This document shows positions 50,683 to 62,275 of a stretch of DNA of 64,000 nucleotides, piece by piece. The notes under the pieces were generated by a model. It did not search any database and was not told the origin of the DNA. It saw nothing but the letters and a program-made list of their open reading frames with translations. Position 1 is the first letter of the stretch. Each line of letters opens with the position of its first letter. This stretch comes from Felis catus (taxonomy: Eukaryota). The stretch covers positions 22,012,001-22,076,000 of the forward strand of contig NC_058383.1 of assembly GCF_018350175.1 (NCBI RefSeq), read 5' to 3'. The position numbers and the translations under genes are program-made.

Positions 50683-53600
50683 TCGTCCCTCTTTTAGCTT
50701 CTAGCACCTTCAGTATGCTGTGGCCGGGAGCAGAAAGAAAAGAAGGCCAAAATGTTACTTCACTCAACTTGGTGAAGGTGTAAACCTTTACTATTTGTTG
50801 TTACTGCTTCTCCAGCTAACACTGACGGTCAGGGTTCTCTGCGTGGCGGGGACCTACGTGTTGTCTGTCTTGTGGAGACACATGCATTGGTTACTGGAGG
50901 CCTTCCCACTGCAACTTCCCTCTCTGATGTGGGGTATCTGAGTCTGATCCAGTCTCTTCCCTCCCACTTGGCTTCCGACACTGGAAACTCATGGCTCCAC
51001 GCTGCTGGACCAGCAGCTCCTGTGGTCCTGTGGTCACACTCCTGTGACCACTTTCGAAAGGACTTCTTCCCTTTGGATGGACTCAGCTCTGGGCCAAGGT
51101 GCATGGTTTGGGGAATGCAGCAGGAGATGACTCTCAATCCTTGCTTCACTCCCAGGCCCAGCAGCCCTGTGCAGGGCAACATCTTTATGAACATCATGTA
51201 GCTCTAACCAGGGTCTGCTTGCCTAATGGGTGGCTCTCTTGGGTGGGATACTGACCAAATGGCTCACGCTCAGCTATTCACCAGTTCCACACAACCCACT
51301 GAACCTCCCCATTCCAAAAAGGCTGCCCCAGTGTCATTCCCTCTCTCAGCCTGGTGTCTCCCCGAACTTCCCTGCCCAAATAGGCACACAAGCAACGTCC
51401 AAACCAGGAATGTGATGCCAGTCTCTCTTTTTTACAGGCGACCTCAATCTTTATAAAAGATTCTTCTTGGAGCCACAGGTGACTCACTGAAGAACCACAA
51501 GTATTTAGGAGAAAGGGAGGTGGTATAAGAAAGCTAGCTTATCGTTTGTCTTTGCACATGGGTATTATCTTTACAGGATGAATTAAGGACTACTGGTCAA
51601 CATATTATTTAGAGGTATGAAGGAATAAAGGAACCATAAGAAGCATAAAAATACAAATAGTTGAAAATGCTTGCTACTGTGTTTCTTCATTTTACAGGTA
51701 TGGAAACTCGTGATCAGAGGTTAAGCATCTTCCCAGGTGTTGCAGGCAATAAACGGCAGGATCCAGGTAAGAACCCAAGTCTACCTGATCTCAAGCCCCT
51801 TGCTGTTATCCCATGTTCTCTGTGGTCAGAGAACAGTGCATAAATGATTAAAGGCCCATTTGCTCCTACAGTGAAAAAGTGGGCTTTGGCAGGGTCGTGT
51901 GGATGGAGGAAAAAGAAAAACAACATTGGAGTTTGTGGGCTTCTCTTTAGCCTCAGAAACACTGGTGTCACTGGGGGGGCACTTCCACATGTCAGAGTAT
52001 AATTTTTAAATGGTTAGAAACATAATTTTCCTAAAATATACAATGAGCTCATGTCAAGTTTTATTCAACTCCTCAATGAGAGAACTGGCAGAATGACAAA
52101 GCTAGTTCAAAGGGGGATGTTATATATATTTTTCAGGGAAAAAATTCTGAAGTAAGATTGTCAAGTTAGGAAACTGATTCATGTTCTAGAGAAAGGGCAA
52201 TAAATCTACAACATTTGGGGTTATGTCTTCTAATGAACAGAAATCATTTGCACCTCTAATGAGCAAATTAATTTGCATCTTTCCACGTTTCTACAAGTAA
52301 ACATCTAACTATACCACTGACCCTGAATCTGTAATGAAACTTAAGTCAAACAAAATTACATTCCCCTAGAGGATCCGATGACCCCTTTGGTAAGATTGTT
52401 AGAAACTGCTCTAAGAGAACATTCAAAGGATACAGTCATCTTTTTGTGGGCTTTTTTTTCTTGTTTTATTTTTTCTTGATGGATACCAGTAAGCCCACTA
52501 GTCACCATGCTAATAACCTACACTGGTTAACCAACCTTGAAACTCGGATCACTTGCCTTTTTTTCTAATCCAGAAAATAAAATGTCAAATGATGAAGCAA
52601 ACAGAATTACTTTCAAATCATCTACTTCCTTGAATGAGTAGGATGGTAGGGGGGCTGGTTTGAGGTAGAAGGAAGAGGAGTCAGTCCTTTTCAACAATGA
52701 TAGAACTTAGGAATAAGATTCAGAATATTTAATCACCGGTAAGACACAAGACCAGTCAGAATAGATGCTTCCGTAGGGCTGGGGCAGGATCATGATGGAC
52801 CCTGCTGGGCTGGGTCTTAACCCTTTACTGGACAAATCTCATAGATGTCTGGGAGGTTCCAGGATAGGCTAGGGTAGCTACAGTGGTGGTGGAAGGGGGA
52901 GGGTTGATGGGGGACTTGGGCCAGATGCTGTTTACCAAGAAGTAGGAAAGTATTTCAACATTTTAACAAGCAATATGGCCATACAGACATGTTCTAGTTG
53001 AATGTTATCATGCTCACACCTCAACCTCTGCCACCTCCCCAATCCTGACTGGCCCTACAAACACAGGCATAGTTACTCACCCCCATCCTGCCTTAAAGCT
53101 CCAGTCCACTTCTCTCCTCTATTTGCCTCTTGGGCTTTAGGGACAAAGAAGAAGCATGCAGGGAAAGGAACAGGAAGGAGGTCAAGAGTAAGGAAGAGAG
53201 TCAGAGCATTCTGTACCCACGTCTCAGGGAAGGTACTGCATCAGATCTAGGGGAGGAGGAGCAGAAGTGACTGGTTGGTACTGTTCCTAAGCTCTAGCGA
53301 TAGACCAGGGCTCCCAACAGCCAAGGATCCCTGTCCTTATATTCTATTGGAGGGAGCTAGGAAATATGAAAAGTATGAGTTACCATATGCGAGAGCACCC
53401 AGCACAGAGCTTGGCACATGGGAAATACTCAACAAACGTTACACCCTTCTCTCATCCCTGTCCTCAATCACATCTTTGCAGCTTCCCCGAAGGCTTCTGA
53501 ACACATAAATAAAGCTGCAACCCCATCTGGCTGAAAAAGTCAACCATCTGGAGATTTGGAAATATAGGGGAACTTCTAATGACTGGCTAATTTTTTTTTC

Positions 53601-53954
53601 AGTTTTTCAGCCAGATGTTTGATGTCATTCAAGCCCATCTGTAGCAGAAATAGCATTTTGTTGAAACTCTTTTCTGTCATTTTAAGTTCCTTGTCCTAAA
53701 AGCTAAGTGGGCTTTATTTTCTTCGTAAGCATTTTTTTCAATGAATTGAAAAAGTGATCACTGACTAATGGAGAACAATTCAGGAATAAAATACGAAAAT
53801 ATCAGAAATTTAGATTAAAAAGGACTTTTAGATAATTTCCAGGGCTCAAAACTGGCAGCCTATGGATCAAATTCAACAATAAGGTAAGTTTGGCTTGGCA
53901 GGCACTGCATTAAAAATTGTTTTAATTTAGTTTCCCACATTTTATTTACTTAAA

Positions 53955-54192
53955 AATTTTTTTTCAGTGTTTGTTTATTTTTAAGAGAGAGACAGAGAGA
54001 GACAGAGACAGAGACAGAGTATGAGTGGGGAGGGGCAGAGAGAGAGGGAGACACAGAATCTGAAGCAGGCCCTATCTAGGCTTGGAACTGTCAGCACAGA
54101 GCCCAATGTGGCGGGGCTTGAACTCGTGAACCACAAGGTCATGACCTGAGCTGAAGTTGGATACTTAACCAACTGAGCCACCCAGGAGCCCC
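53955..54192 (-). mobile_element. Can-SINE
   Basis: Antisense full-length body; TAGTT(T/G)CCCACATTTT flanks. Confidence 0.9.
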
Positions 54193-55234
54193 TAGTTGCC
54201 CACATTTTAAAAATCAAGAGATCTTACAACTGGCTTTTTAATATTTGGAATATTGGGATGAATTTGGTACACATCGGCCCAGAGTAAAAATCAACTCAAG
54301 TCCCATAGTAATTGTCCCTTAGATGGGGGATTCTTCTCTCTGGTTTGCCTCAGTCCCCACCACTCTCTGTTGCCCCACCCTGAGACCACATTTCAGTTAC
54401 TATAGATCTTCTCAAATGCAATTACTTCCCCCTCACCCACCATAGAATTAAGAGGACAGGGAAATCCTTGTTCCAAATGTTACATTACCTGCTTCATCTG
54501 CATGGACATTTAGATTTGTTACTCCCTAATCTTACCTGGGGCTTTCATTTCAGAATTGGATAAACTGAGGTTCAAGGGAGGAAAATAACATGTACAATTC
54601 ACAGAATTGTTAGCGACAGAAATGTGATGAGTCCTCGGGGTTCCTTGCTACCAGGCCAGTGGTCTTTCCATTATGTAAATATATCACTTTGACTGTGTCT
54701 CAGACTTCAAGAGGTCTTAATGAGAGAATCATGCATTGAACGTGTTCTCATTCAAATGCACATGCTGCCATTGAAAACACGCAGCAAGTTGGGGCCCTAC
54801 TTTGTGAATGCCTTGCGTGCTTTCCAGATAATGAGTCAGGCATTCGTTCTGCTTTCTGAGTGTGGGTGTCTCTACATAGGTCGATTGTTTTTTTTTTTTT
54901 TTTTTTCATTCAAAACGTGTCCTTTGCTGTCTCTGAGTGTGTGCCTGTCTGATGTCTCCTGCACTCCTGCAGATGCTGCACAGGCATGCTGAGTGTTCCG
55001 GGACCTGACACTTCTGAATGGAAAAACCCATGTGTCTGGGCATTCTCACGAGCTAATGTTTGTAGCAGTAGCAACCTATCCACTGGAGCATGAATTAATG
55101 TTCTCTAGCAAATGCTCTGAGAAGAAACATGGCTAAGGTGAAGTAGGGCCTGCTGGGTTTAGGTATATAACCTCAGGCAAGTCATATAATTTGTCTAGGC
55201 CTCAGTTTCTTCACCTATAAAGTGAGGATAATAT

Positions 55235-55425
55235 GGGTGCCTGGGTTGGCTCAGTCGGTTAGGCATCCGCCTCTTGGTTTCGGTTCAGGTCATGATCTCA
55301 CGGTTGTGAGATCGAGCCCCACATCGGGCTCTGTGCTATCAGCGCGGAGCCCACTTGGGATTTTCTCTCTCCCTCTCTCTCTGTTCCTCCCCACTCTCTC
55401 TCCCTCTCAAAATAAACTTTAAAAA
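55235..55425 (+). mobile_element. Can-SINE inside a MIR
   Basis: Head, body and tail visible; TGAGGA(T/C)AATA flanks. Confidence 0.9.
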
Positions 55426-55829
55426 ATGAGGACAATAACAATGCCTACATCAATGAGCTCCTTTAAAGAGGAAAAAGTTAATTTTTCAAAATTGTGAGAA
55501 CAGTGCTAGCATATAGTAAGTACTAAATATAAATGACATTCTGGTGAGTTATAGAAATGAAAACTGGAAACATCCCTTCTCTCACTTGAGTGATGTGATC
55601 CTTCTTAACTCATGTAATCATTGCCAGGCCTGTTGTAAATAGTCAATATTTGTTGCTTTTAACATCATAATGACTTAGAGGAGTTTCAGAAAATTTAGAT
55701 TCCAGTGATCCACTACAGACCTATGGAAGCAGAGAATCTACTTGTGAGGCCTCATAATCTTTTTTTTTTTTTTAAGCTGCCCATGTAATTCTGATGATTT
55801 AGCCAAGTTCGGAAACATTGATGTAGTTT

Positions 55830-56100
55830 CATTATCCTTGAATATCTTTGGTGGTGGAGAACTCATAACCTCTTAAAGCTCCCCATTCCACACTGCATAG
55901 TTGTTTATATTGAGGTAACACCTATTTTCCTCTAGCTCTTACTTCTACCCTCTGGAGGCCACAGAGAACATTTCAAATCTCCTTTCCATATGACAACTCT
56001 TCAGATATTTGCAGGCAGCTGTCATGTCCCTCCCAAGCATTCTCTTTTGGACAAAATAGTCACATTCTCTCATGGTTCTTAAAAAAGTGTGGATGAACTG
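55830..56100 (-). mobile_element. CR1/L3 LINE 3' fragment
   Basis: TTCCATATGACAACTCTTCAGATATTTGCAGGCAGCTGTCATGTCCC resembles the antisense L3 consensus. Confidence 0.6.
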
Positions 56101-58153
56101 ACTCTTCTAATTTGATATTAGGGAAAACTGAGCTACAAGACCTCCAGTTATCCTTTGACACTAAAAGACCAGAAAAATGAGGATGTCGAGACTCTGGGAG
56201 ACAAGGGATCCTGAATGAGAGATGGGTATGCAGCTTTATTCCACAGGATGAATGCTGCCTACTGCATGTGTCTTCTCATGCAGGAGATCAGAGGTTCCAG
56301 AAAATTCCTTGAACATTTGCTATATTCATACACAAAGAAAAATCTTGGCTTCAGATTTTCAGCCAGGTCCATCTAGGTGGTAGTTCTACAGGTGTACACA
56401 TAGCTAATAATTCACTGTGATTCATTCAAGTTCATGCATCTTACTGTATTTAATACTTCAAAAATGTAAAAAAAATGTATAGCTGGGTCAAGTTGCATGA
56501 AGACTGCAACAAATTTTCTCCAAAGAATTCACCTAAAAACGTATCTTAGATTCATCTAGTTCCATCTTGATTCAAATTCTCACTTCTCCCACTAAGCCCA
56601 CAGAATGCCTGGGTGGGATTCCAATTCCTTGTGCAAACTGTGGGTGTAGGACATGATGTTGGAGAAAAGAGAAACCATCAGTTGAGAAATTCTGAGCAAG
56701 GACTCAGGGATTTTAGGCCCTAACAGGGGAAGCCAAAATTGGTGTTTAATTCTGCATTCCAAGGTTAGTTCCAAGAGGCAGAAGAATCAGAAATAACTGA
56801 AGCATGGTCTACATATGTACCTTGCTTGACTCAGATTTTTTATGCCATCCCTAGAACCATGTATACATCAAAACATCCACCAAATCACAACTTTACAAAA
56901 GATAGCTCAATTCTTTGTTGTCAATATAGGAAAGGGAACTATGGAACTTCCCTAAGGTAAATGACTTCACCATATCTGATCACCAATGATCACAAACTTT
57001 AGATTTTTGTCAATGTTTGGGAAATAATTATTCTAAAATTTCCATCAGTACCCTGGATAAAATAAGAGCTTTGGATAGTGCTAATTCATGACCACCTATT
57101 CCAAACTAATCATTTCCCAGATTAATAATTGAGGGTTGGAGTAGGTAAATGTCTTAGCCAAGGTCACATGCATAGTTTGCAGCATTACCCAGGTCTTCTG
57201 GCTTCAAGTACAATGATCTTTGTTGCATTTAAAGTAGTCTTTTCCTACCTGGGATTCCCACCAGTTGCAAATTTGTGTTGGAAACAGAATCAATGGTAGT
57301 AGTGCTACAGTCAGGAGAGCAGTTGTTCAGAGTGTGAGGACATGGGAAGAAGGCCAGGGAATGATGCAATATTACACTAGCAAGTGATGTCATAGCATGA
57401 TTTCCTAAGAGATTTACATAAATGCAAGTTCTCAAAAAGCCCTGACAAATGCCAGCCAGTGGGAATGCAGGCATGGAGAACCAATGGCAAACAAGGGAGG
57501 GGAACATACAGGAAACCCAGATTTCCTTGCTCATCACTGTGACAAGCTTCACAGATTCCTCAGAAGCCTGAGAAAATTCCCTTTTGCCCCCTCTAATCCA
57601 GTGCCTTCCCTCAGGCACATAAGCTCCACAGAGCTTTGATTTTCTTCTCTATTTTCCTATTTGCTACCACTGACATTCAGGCATTTCCCAGTGATGCTGA
57701 GAGTGACTCCTCATGTAGTGAAAGTGAGTTTAATCATCAGTCAGGCTACCCAAGAGCTTGACATTCTAAAAATTGGTCTGTCCTCTTCGTTATAATTTGG
57801 AGCAAAAATCTTCAATTTTTTAAATTAGAAGCTGTGATTTTTGGAGAATCAATCTTATACAAATGTAATGGGAATATATTTGTTGAGTTTGGAGATGACT
57901 TAAGAAAGAAAACAGATGGATACCAAATACTAACACTTCAGTTTTGTTTTGATCCCAAACAGTGAAACATCTATTAGTAAGGAAGTTTTTTTAAATTTGT
58001 GTGTGCATGTGCGTGTGTAAGGGTTCACATATGTTAAGTCTCGTTGGCAATGCAAGTTCGTGAAAATATCTACTTAGACCAAACTCATAAGAAACTGATA
58101 AGACTATGTTAGAAATAAGGAAATAGCTCAGAGTGTGCCAGCCTAGGTCACAG

Positions 58154-58253
58154 TTTCTCCCTCTCTCTCTCCCTTTCCCTCCCTCCAATCCTCCCTCCCT
58201 TTCGCCCTCCCTTCCCCTCTCTCTTCCTTCCTCCTTCTCCCTCTCCCTCCTCC
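58154..58253. repeat. Polypyrimidine (CT-rich) tract near the exon-1 donor
   Basis: Almost pure C/T on the plus strand. Confidence 0.85.
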
Positions 58254-58607
58254 ACTGAAAGGCAATTTAAGCAGAGCCAAAGACCCCATCTCAAGCCACA
58301 GATCAAAGCAGTTCACAATATGCTTAGGAATTTTAGATTTGAAGACTTTGCTCAACTGCAGAAGCTGCCTAGAGTGCCACAAAATCGCATCTCACGAAGC
58401 TTAAACCATAAACAATCAACAAGACCCAACCCCTTCATCCCACTCAGCATTCATCTTGCTGGAAACAGTCTGGACATCTGCACATTCTCAGCAATAATTC
58501 AAACTATTCCTCTTTCCCCATCACTCCATCTCCCCCAACACCCGCTGGAATATCATAATATCAGAAACTGCATTATTTGGGGCCACTGAGAGGAATTTTG
58601 TAAATAC

Positions 58608-58818
58608 CTTCTAGGCAGCAGGTCCTCCACAGCCCCGAATGGGTCATTACTTCTTCATTCTTCCTGCTGGTTTCATTATCACTTGTAGATTTAGTCCTGC
58701 ACACACCTCTGGAATATAACCAGTAGTCCGTGCCCACTGCAATGGTCATTAAACTAAAAGCTGCGAAGGCTCCCACGGTGGTGATCAACATCTGGATACC
58801 TCTGTCACACATCCTCAT
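58608..58818 (-). CDS. CACNG3: First coding exon (211 nt, phase-1 end) of voltage-dependent calcium channel gamma-3 subunit / TARP gamma-3
   Basis: Translates as [71 protein letters not shown]. It has TM1, an NET sequon and the claudin-family GLW..C motif. The [12 protein letters not shown]-terminus distinguishes gamma-3 from gamma-2 (MGLFDRGVQML). Ends at GAAG|GTATTT (GT = plus-strand 58606-58607). Confidence 0.97.
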
Positions 58819-58828
58819 AATTCTTCAT
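58805..58828 (-). other. Out-of-frame upstream ORF (MKNYEDV*) overlapping the CACNG3 start codon
   Basis: Minus strand ACC-ATG AAG AAT TAT GAG GAT GTG TGA; the main ATG is embedded 10 nt downstream. Confidence 0.6.
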
Positions 58829-59226
58829 GGTACTCTGGATGGCTGGGGGTTGGAGGGGTAGGTTCAATGCCAGAGGGGAAAATCACTCTGCAGCTGGGTA
58901 ACCTAGGGCAGGCTCTTCCAAAAATTCGGGTCTCCTTTTGTCACCATCCACAGAGACTTTAGGAAACCTGGGATCTCCTGTCTGGAGCTCTCTCCGGTTC
59001 CCTGGGTCGCCTATGGCCCTTGGAAGGGTGCAGGCTCCAGGAGGTTGGTCCACATCACTGCTGCCTTCTGAGGATCCCTGGGTTCCTTTCATTCCTCAGG
59101 AGCTTGGTAAAGATGAGGGTCCGTGCAGGGCATGGCTCCGGAGCCTGGAGCTGCCAGCTTGGTTTGAGATGCGCCTGGCTCCTCACAGCCCCGGGAGACT
59201 CAAGGCAAAGAAATCCAGAGAGGTCT

Positions 59227-59272
59227 ATGTGTGTGTGTGTGTGCGTGCGTGCGTGTGTGTGCGAGCGCGTGT
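59227..59272. repeat. (TG)n/(TGCG)n microsatellite in the CACNG3 5' region
   Basis: Alternating purine-pyrimidine run seen directly. Confidence 0.9.
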
Positions 59273-60000
59273 GCTGGGGGTGAAGGCGGATGGCAAAAAA
59301 TAGCACTGCTGGGAGGCGAGTCGCTGAGAAGAGTGTTCATTGCTTCCCCAGCCTCCCAGGAAAGCTCTCCGCCTGCTCCTGACACCCCCGCTCAAACTGG
59401 AGAAAAGACAGAGTCCTGGGGCGGGGGCCGGCCGGTTTCATCGGAGGGCAAAGGTCTGCGGTGCTGAAGGGACAGCTCCCGCCTGTTGCCCCGCCTCCGC
59501 CTCCCTAACGCCCAGGCTTTAGGTCCGTGGTGCTGAAGGGACAGCTCCCTGGCAGCCGCTGCTGTTGCACCCCCTGCCTTTCCAGCGTCGGGGCTAGATT
59601 GCTGGGGTGCCGGAGGGTCAGTCCTCCCTCCCGCCGCCCTTCCCCAGTCCCTTTCCAGGCCAGCCAGTCGGCTCGGCTCTGCCTGGTCAATCCCACGCTC
59701 CGCGCAAAGTTTCCGGAGCCCAGGGCAGTCAGCGCCCCGGCTCGTCGGCGCTGCAGCACACCCTGTTCCTCCGTTCCCGGAAGGGTTAAGAAAAGGGGAA
59801 GGGGAAAGAAGCCCGCAGCGCACTCTGGCGCGCTCTCAGCTCCCACCCAGCGCGGCGTTTTCCCCCCACCAATGAGCCAGGCAAGTTTGCCTTTTGCTGC
59901 GGGCGCCGCTGGAGCCCATTGGGGAAGACCGAGTCTTCTTAAAGGGACCGGCAACTCCCGGCGACAGATCTATGTCTTACTCGGGCGGGTAAAAAGTGTG
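59240..60000 (-). promoter_or_regulatory. CpG island / promoter and 5' leader of CACNG3 (TSS not determinable)
   Basis: Dense CpG and high GC just upstream of the ATG. GC box GGGGCGGGG near 59418; CCAAT near 59869 and ATTGG near 59918. Confidence 0.8.
59452..59549 (-). promoter_or_regulatory. Two RE1/NRSE-like (REST) elements as a 29-bp direct repeat
   Basis: Minus strand reads TTCAGCACCACGGAC and TTCAGCACCGCAGAC, versus RE1 consensus TTCAGCACCACGGACAGCGCC. Each is abutted by an oppositely oriented GGACAGCTCC right half-site. Confidence 0.7.
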
Positions 60001-62275
60001 GTCACAGGCACATCTGTGTATAGTCTGTCTCAATTTGGCTCCCCAGAAAACAAACCAATATGTCTACCCTCCTTTCTCTGGAGCTCTCGTTTACACCGGA
60101 GACAACGTGCTCAGATCAGACCCGGAACTGTTCATATACATATGATCATGTATTCCTAAAAGACAGAAGGAACTGAACGTATATAGACTCTGTTGTACGC
60201 ATATCACAGATTTGGGGCGATGGGGTGTGAGATATTGGTCTTTGATCTCATATACTTTAACATCTTTACATCTGTGGTGGTGGGGGTTGATGGATTCAAG
60301 GTGGGATAGTCAATAAAGATGTCAAATTCTTTCCAAAAGTCCCTGGAATGTTCATTTGTTTACATTTTTGTCTAAGTTAGACCATGAAGCCGGTGAAGTT
60401 AGGTCTGCTTTCCTTGTTAGTCCAAAGTGCAAATGCCATTGCACACTTGAAAGCTAGTGAGAGTCTCCCTTTAAAATAGTGTTGCAAATGATCAGCATTT
60501 GACCAGCTTTCTATTACTATGTATTCTGGCATACACATGAACACAGAGTTGACTAATGACAGTCCACAGAAATGCCATTATTATTGTTATTGTTATTATT
60601 ATTATTTTCCTATGGCATGACGGGAGGCTGGGTGTTTGGAATTGAGGCTGCTTGGGTTGTTTCTGCAGTTTCTGAGATGTGACCACTACCAACTGTCATG
60701 TTTGAGTATTATTAAACTGGACAGAAATATAATGGAAGGTAATCACAAACACATATAGTCTCCTGGTGCCAAGTCAGGCTCTCTGTCTGAGAGCATCTGT
60801 ACAGATGACTGAGTAGCAGTAATGTATTGAAGAGTTCTCAGATGTAATCACAACTTCTTGGTTACTTTGCTACATTGGGGGGGGCAGTTTAAGGTCACTT
60901 GAAGACTTGATTCTTGGTGTTAGATAAACATACCTGTGCATACATGGATTTGAATATAAGGTCATGGTGTGATTGTGTTTAAATATTAACCTGTGCTGTG
61001 TTCAATTTAGTTATGAGTTCTGAATGCCTGGGAATTTGTGGCAGAAGAAAAGAATGCATGCAAATATATACTTGTACCTGTAGACACTGTTGTGGGCCAT
61101 GTGAATATGTTTGCTATAAATACATAGCTGTGTGGATGGGTGGGCACGCATGCTTGTGTATAGGCATAGCATATGTTTGTGCACCTATATGTATTTAATT
61201 CCATATGAATATGTCATGGTTCACAAATACTGTTTTATGGGCAGGAAGCAGAAATATGAAAAATCTGCCACATAACCAAAATGAAAAAGATAAACTTGGG
61301 CCCAGAACCATAGCTAGCTTTACTCCCAAAGAATGTAAGAGACAACAGAGGAAGGCCTCCAAGGCCTTCTATAAGTGACTTAATTTTTTTCTTAAAAAGG
61401 AAATTTGCTTCTTATTACAATGTTCTGCTTTGGCTTTTTTTTTTTTTTCTTTTTCAAGGAAAAAGCTATCTGTAACTTGGAGATGAAGTTGCTTTTTCCT
61501 GGGAGATGTTATTAGATGAGTGAAATTTTCCTTCCCTCCTCTCAGAAAATTAAATAATATAAAATAATTGAAAAATGACCATAATAGCCATTCCAGGATC
61601 TGTTTCTTTCTTCCTTTAGTCCAGTAAGGGTGAGAAAGGTCTTTTCCCAGAGCAGGGCCATGTAGATGAGAGGTCAGTGACTTTGGGCTTAAGGAGAGTA
61701 TGCTCTAGTCACTCCATTCACCAGACCTGCAGTAAAATGAGAGCAGCTTCAGCTAAGGTGATTGTGCCAGGAGGTCCAGCAGAAGGAATTGGGTATCCAA
61801 GTAAGATACTGTGGAATAGCGAGGGGAGAGGCAGGAGCTCAGGCAGATGAAAGTGATAACTGTAGATCAGGATACTGTAGACAGTAGGAAGGAAAGAAAG
61901 GGGCATGTGTTATAAGATGGAGCTTTATACTGAACCTTTGGCCTGATGAAGCAGGATCACTCTTTGCAACTTCTGCCCAGGGCCAAAGCTGATCACAGAA
62001 TGTGGGAAGTCCTGAACCTGCATTTGAAGCAAGTAAGAACACCTGCCTGGAGTGGGAGTGTGGAGGTAGGAGGGCCATCAGTTAGTTCCCCGTGATGATT
62101 CCCCACTTACTAGGGGGTGACCTCATCCTTTCATTCAATTGAATGTGTAGGCGGTGTATACATGGGAGCGTAGAATCGGCTTCTAAGCTTAGATTTAATT
62201 GCTTATTTCTACCACTAGAGGGCTCTTTCACCAGATCAATCTGGGACCCAAGAGATTCAAAGCACTATCACATCT

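Larger units (their letters stand above)
1..58607 (-). other. CACNG3: CACNG3 intron 1 (partial, more than 58 kb; exon 2 lies beyond the window start)
   Basis: Downstream of the exon-1 donor. No sequence encoding the expected exon-2 peptide (about AFRGVCKKIDHFPEDADYE) was seen by eye or in the ORF track. Confidence 0.8.

Noticed and set aside
58573..58607. C-terminal [10 protein letters not shown] of the 81-aa ORF
   Set aside because: Intronic read-through past the exon-1 GT donor; not part of CACNG3 protein.
59392..60159. 143-210 aa ORFs over the promoter
   Set aside because: Expected in GC-rich CpG-island sequence with few stop codons; no recognisable homology.
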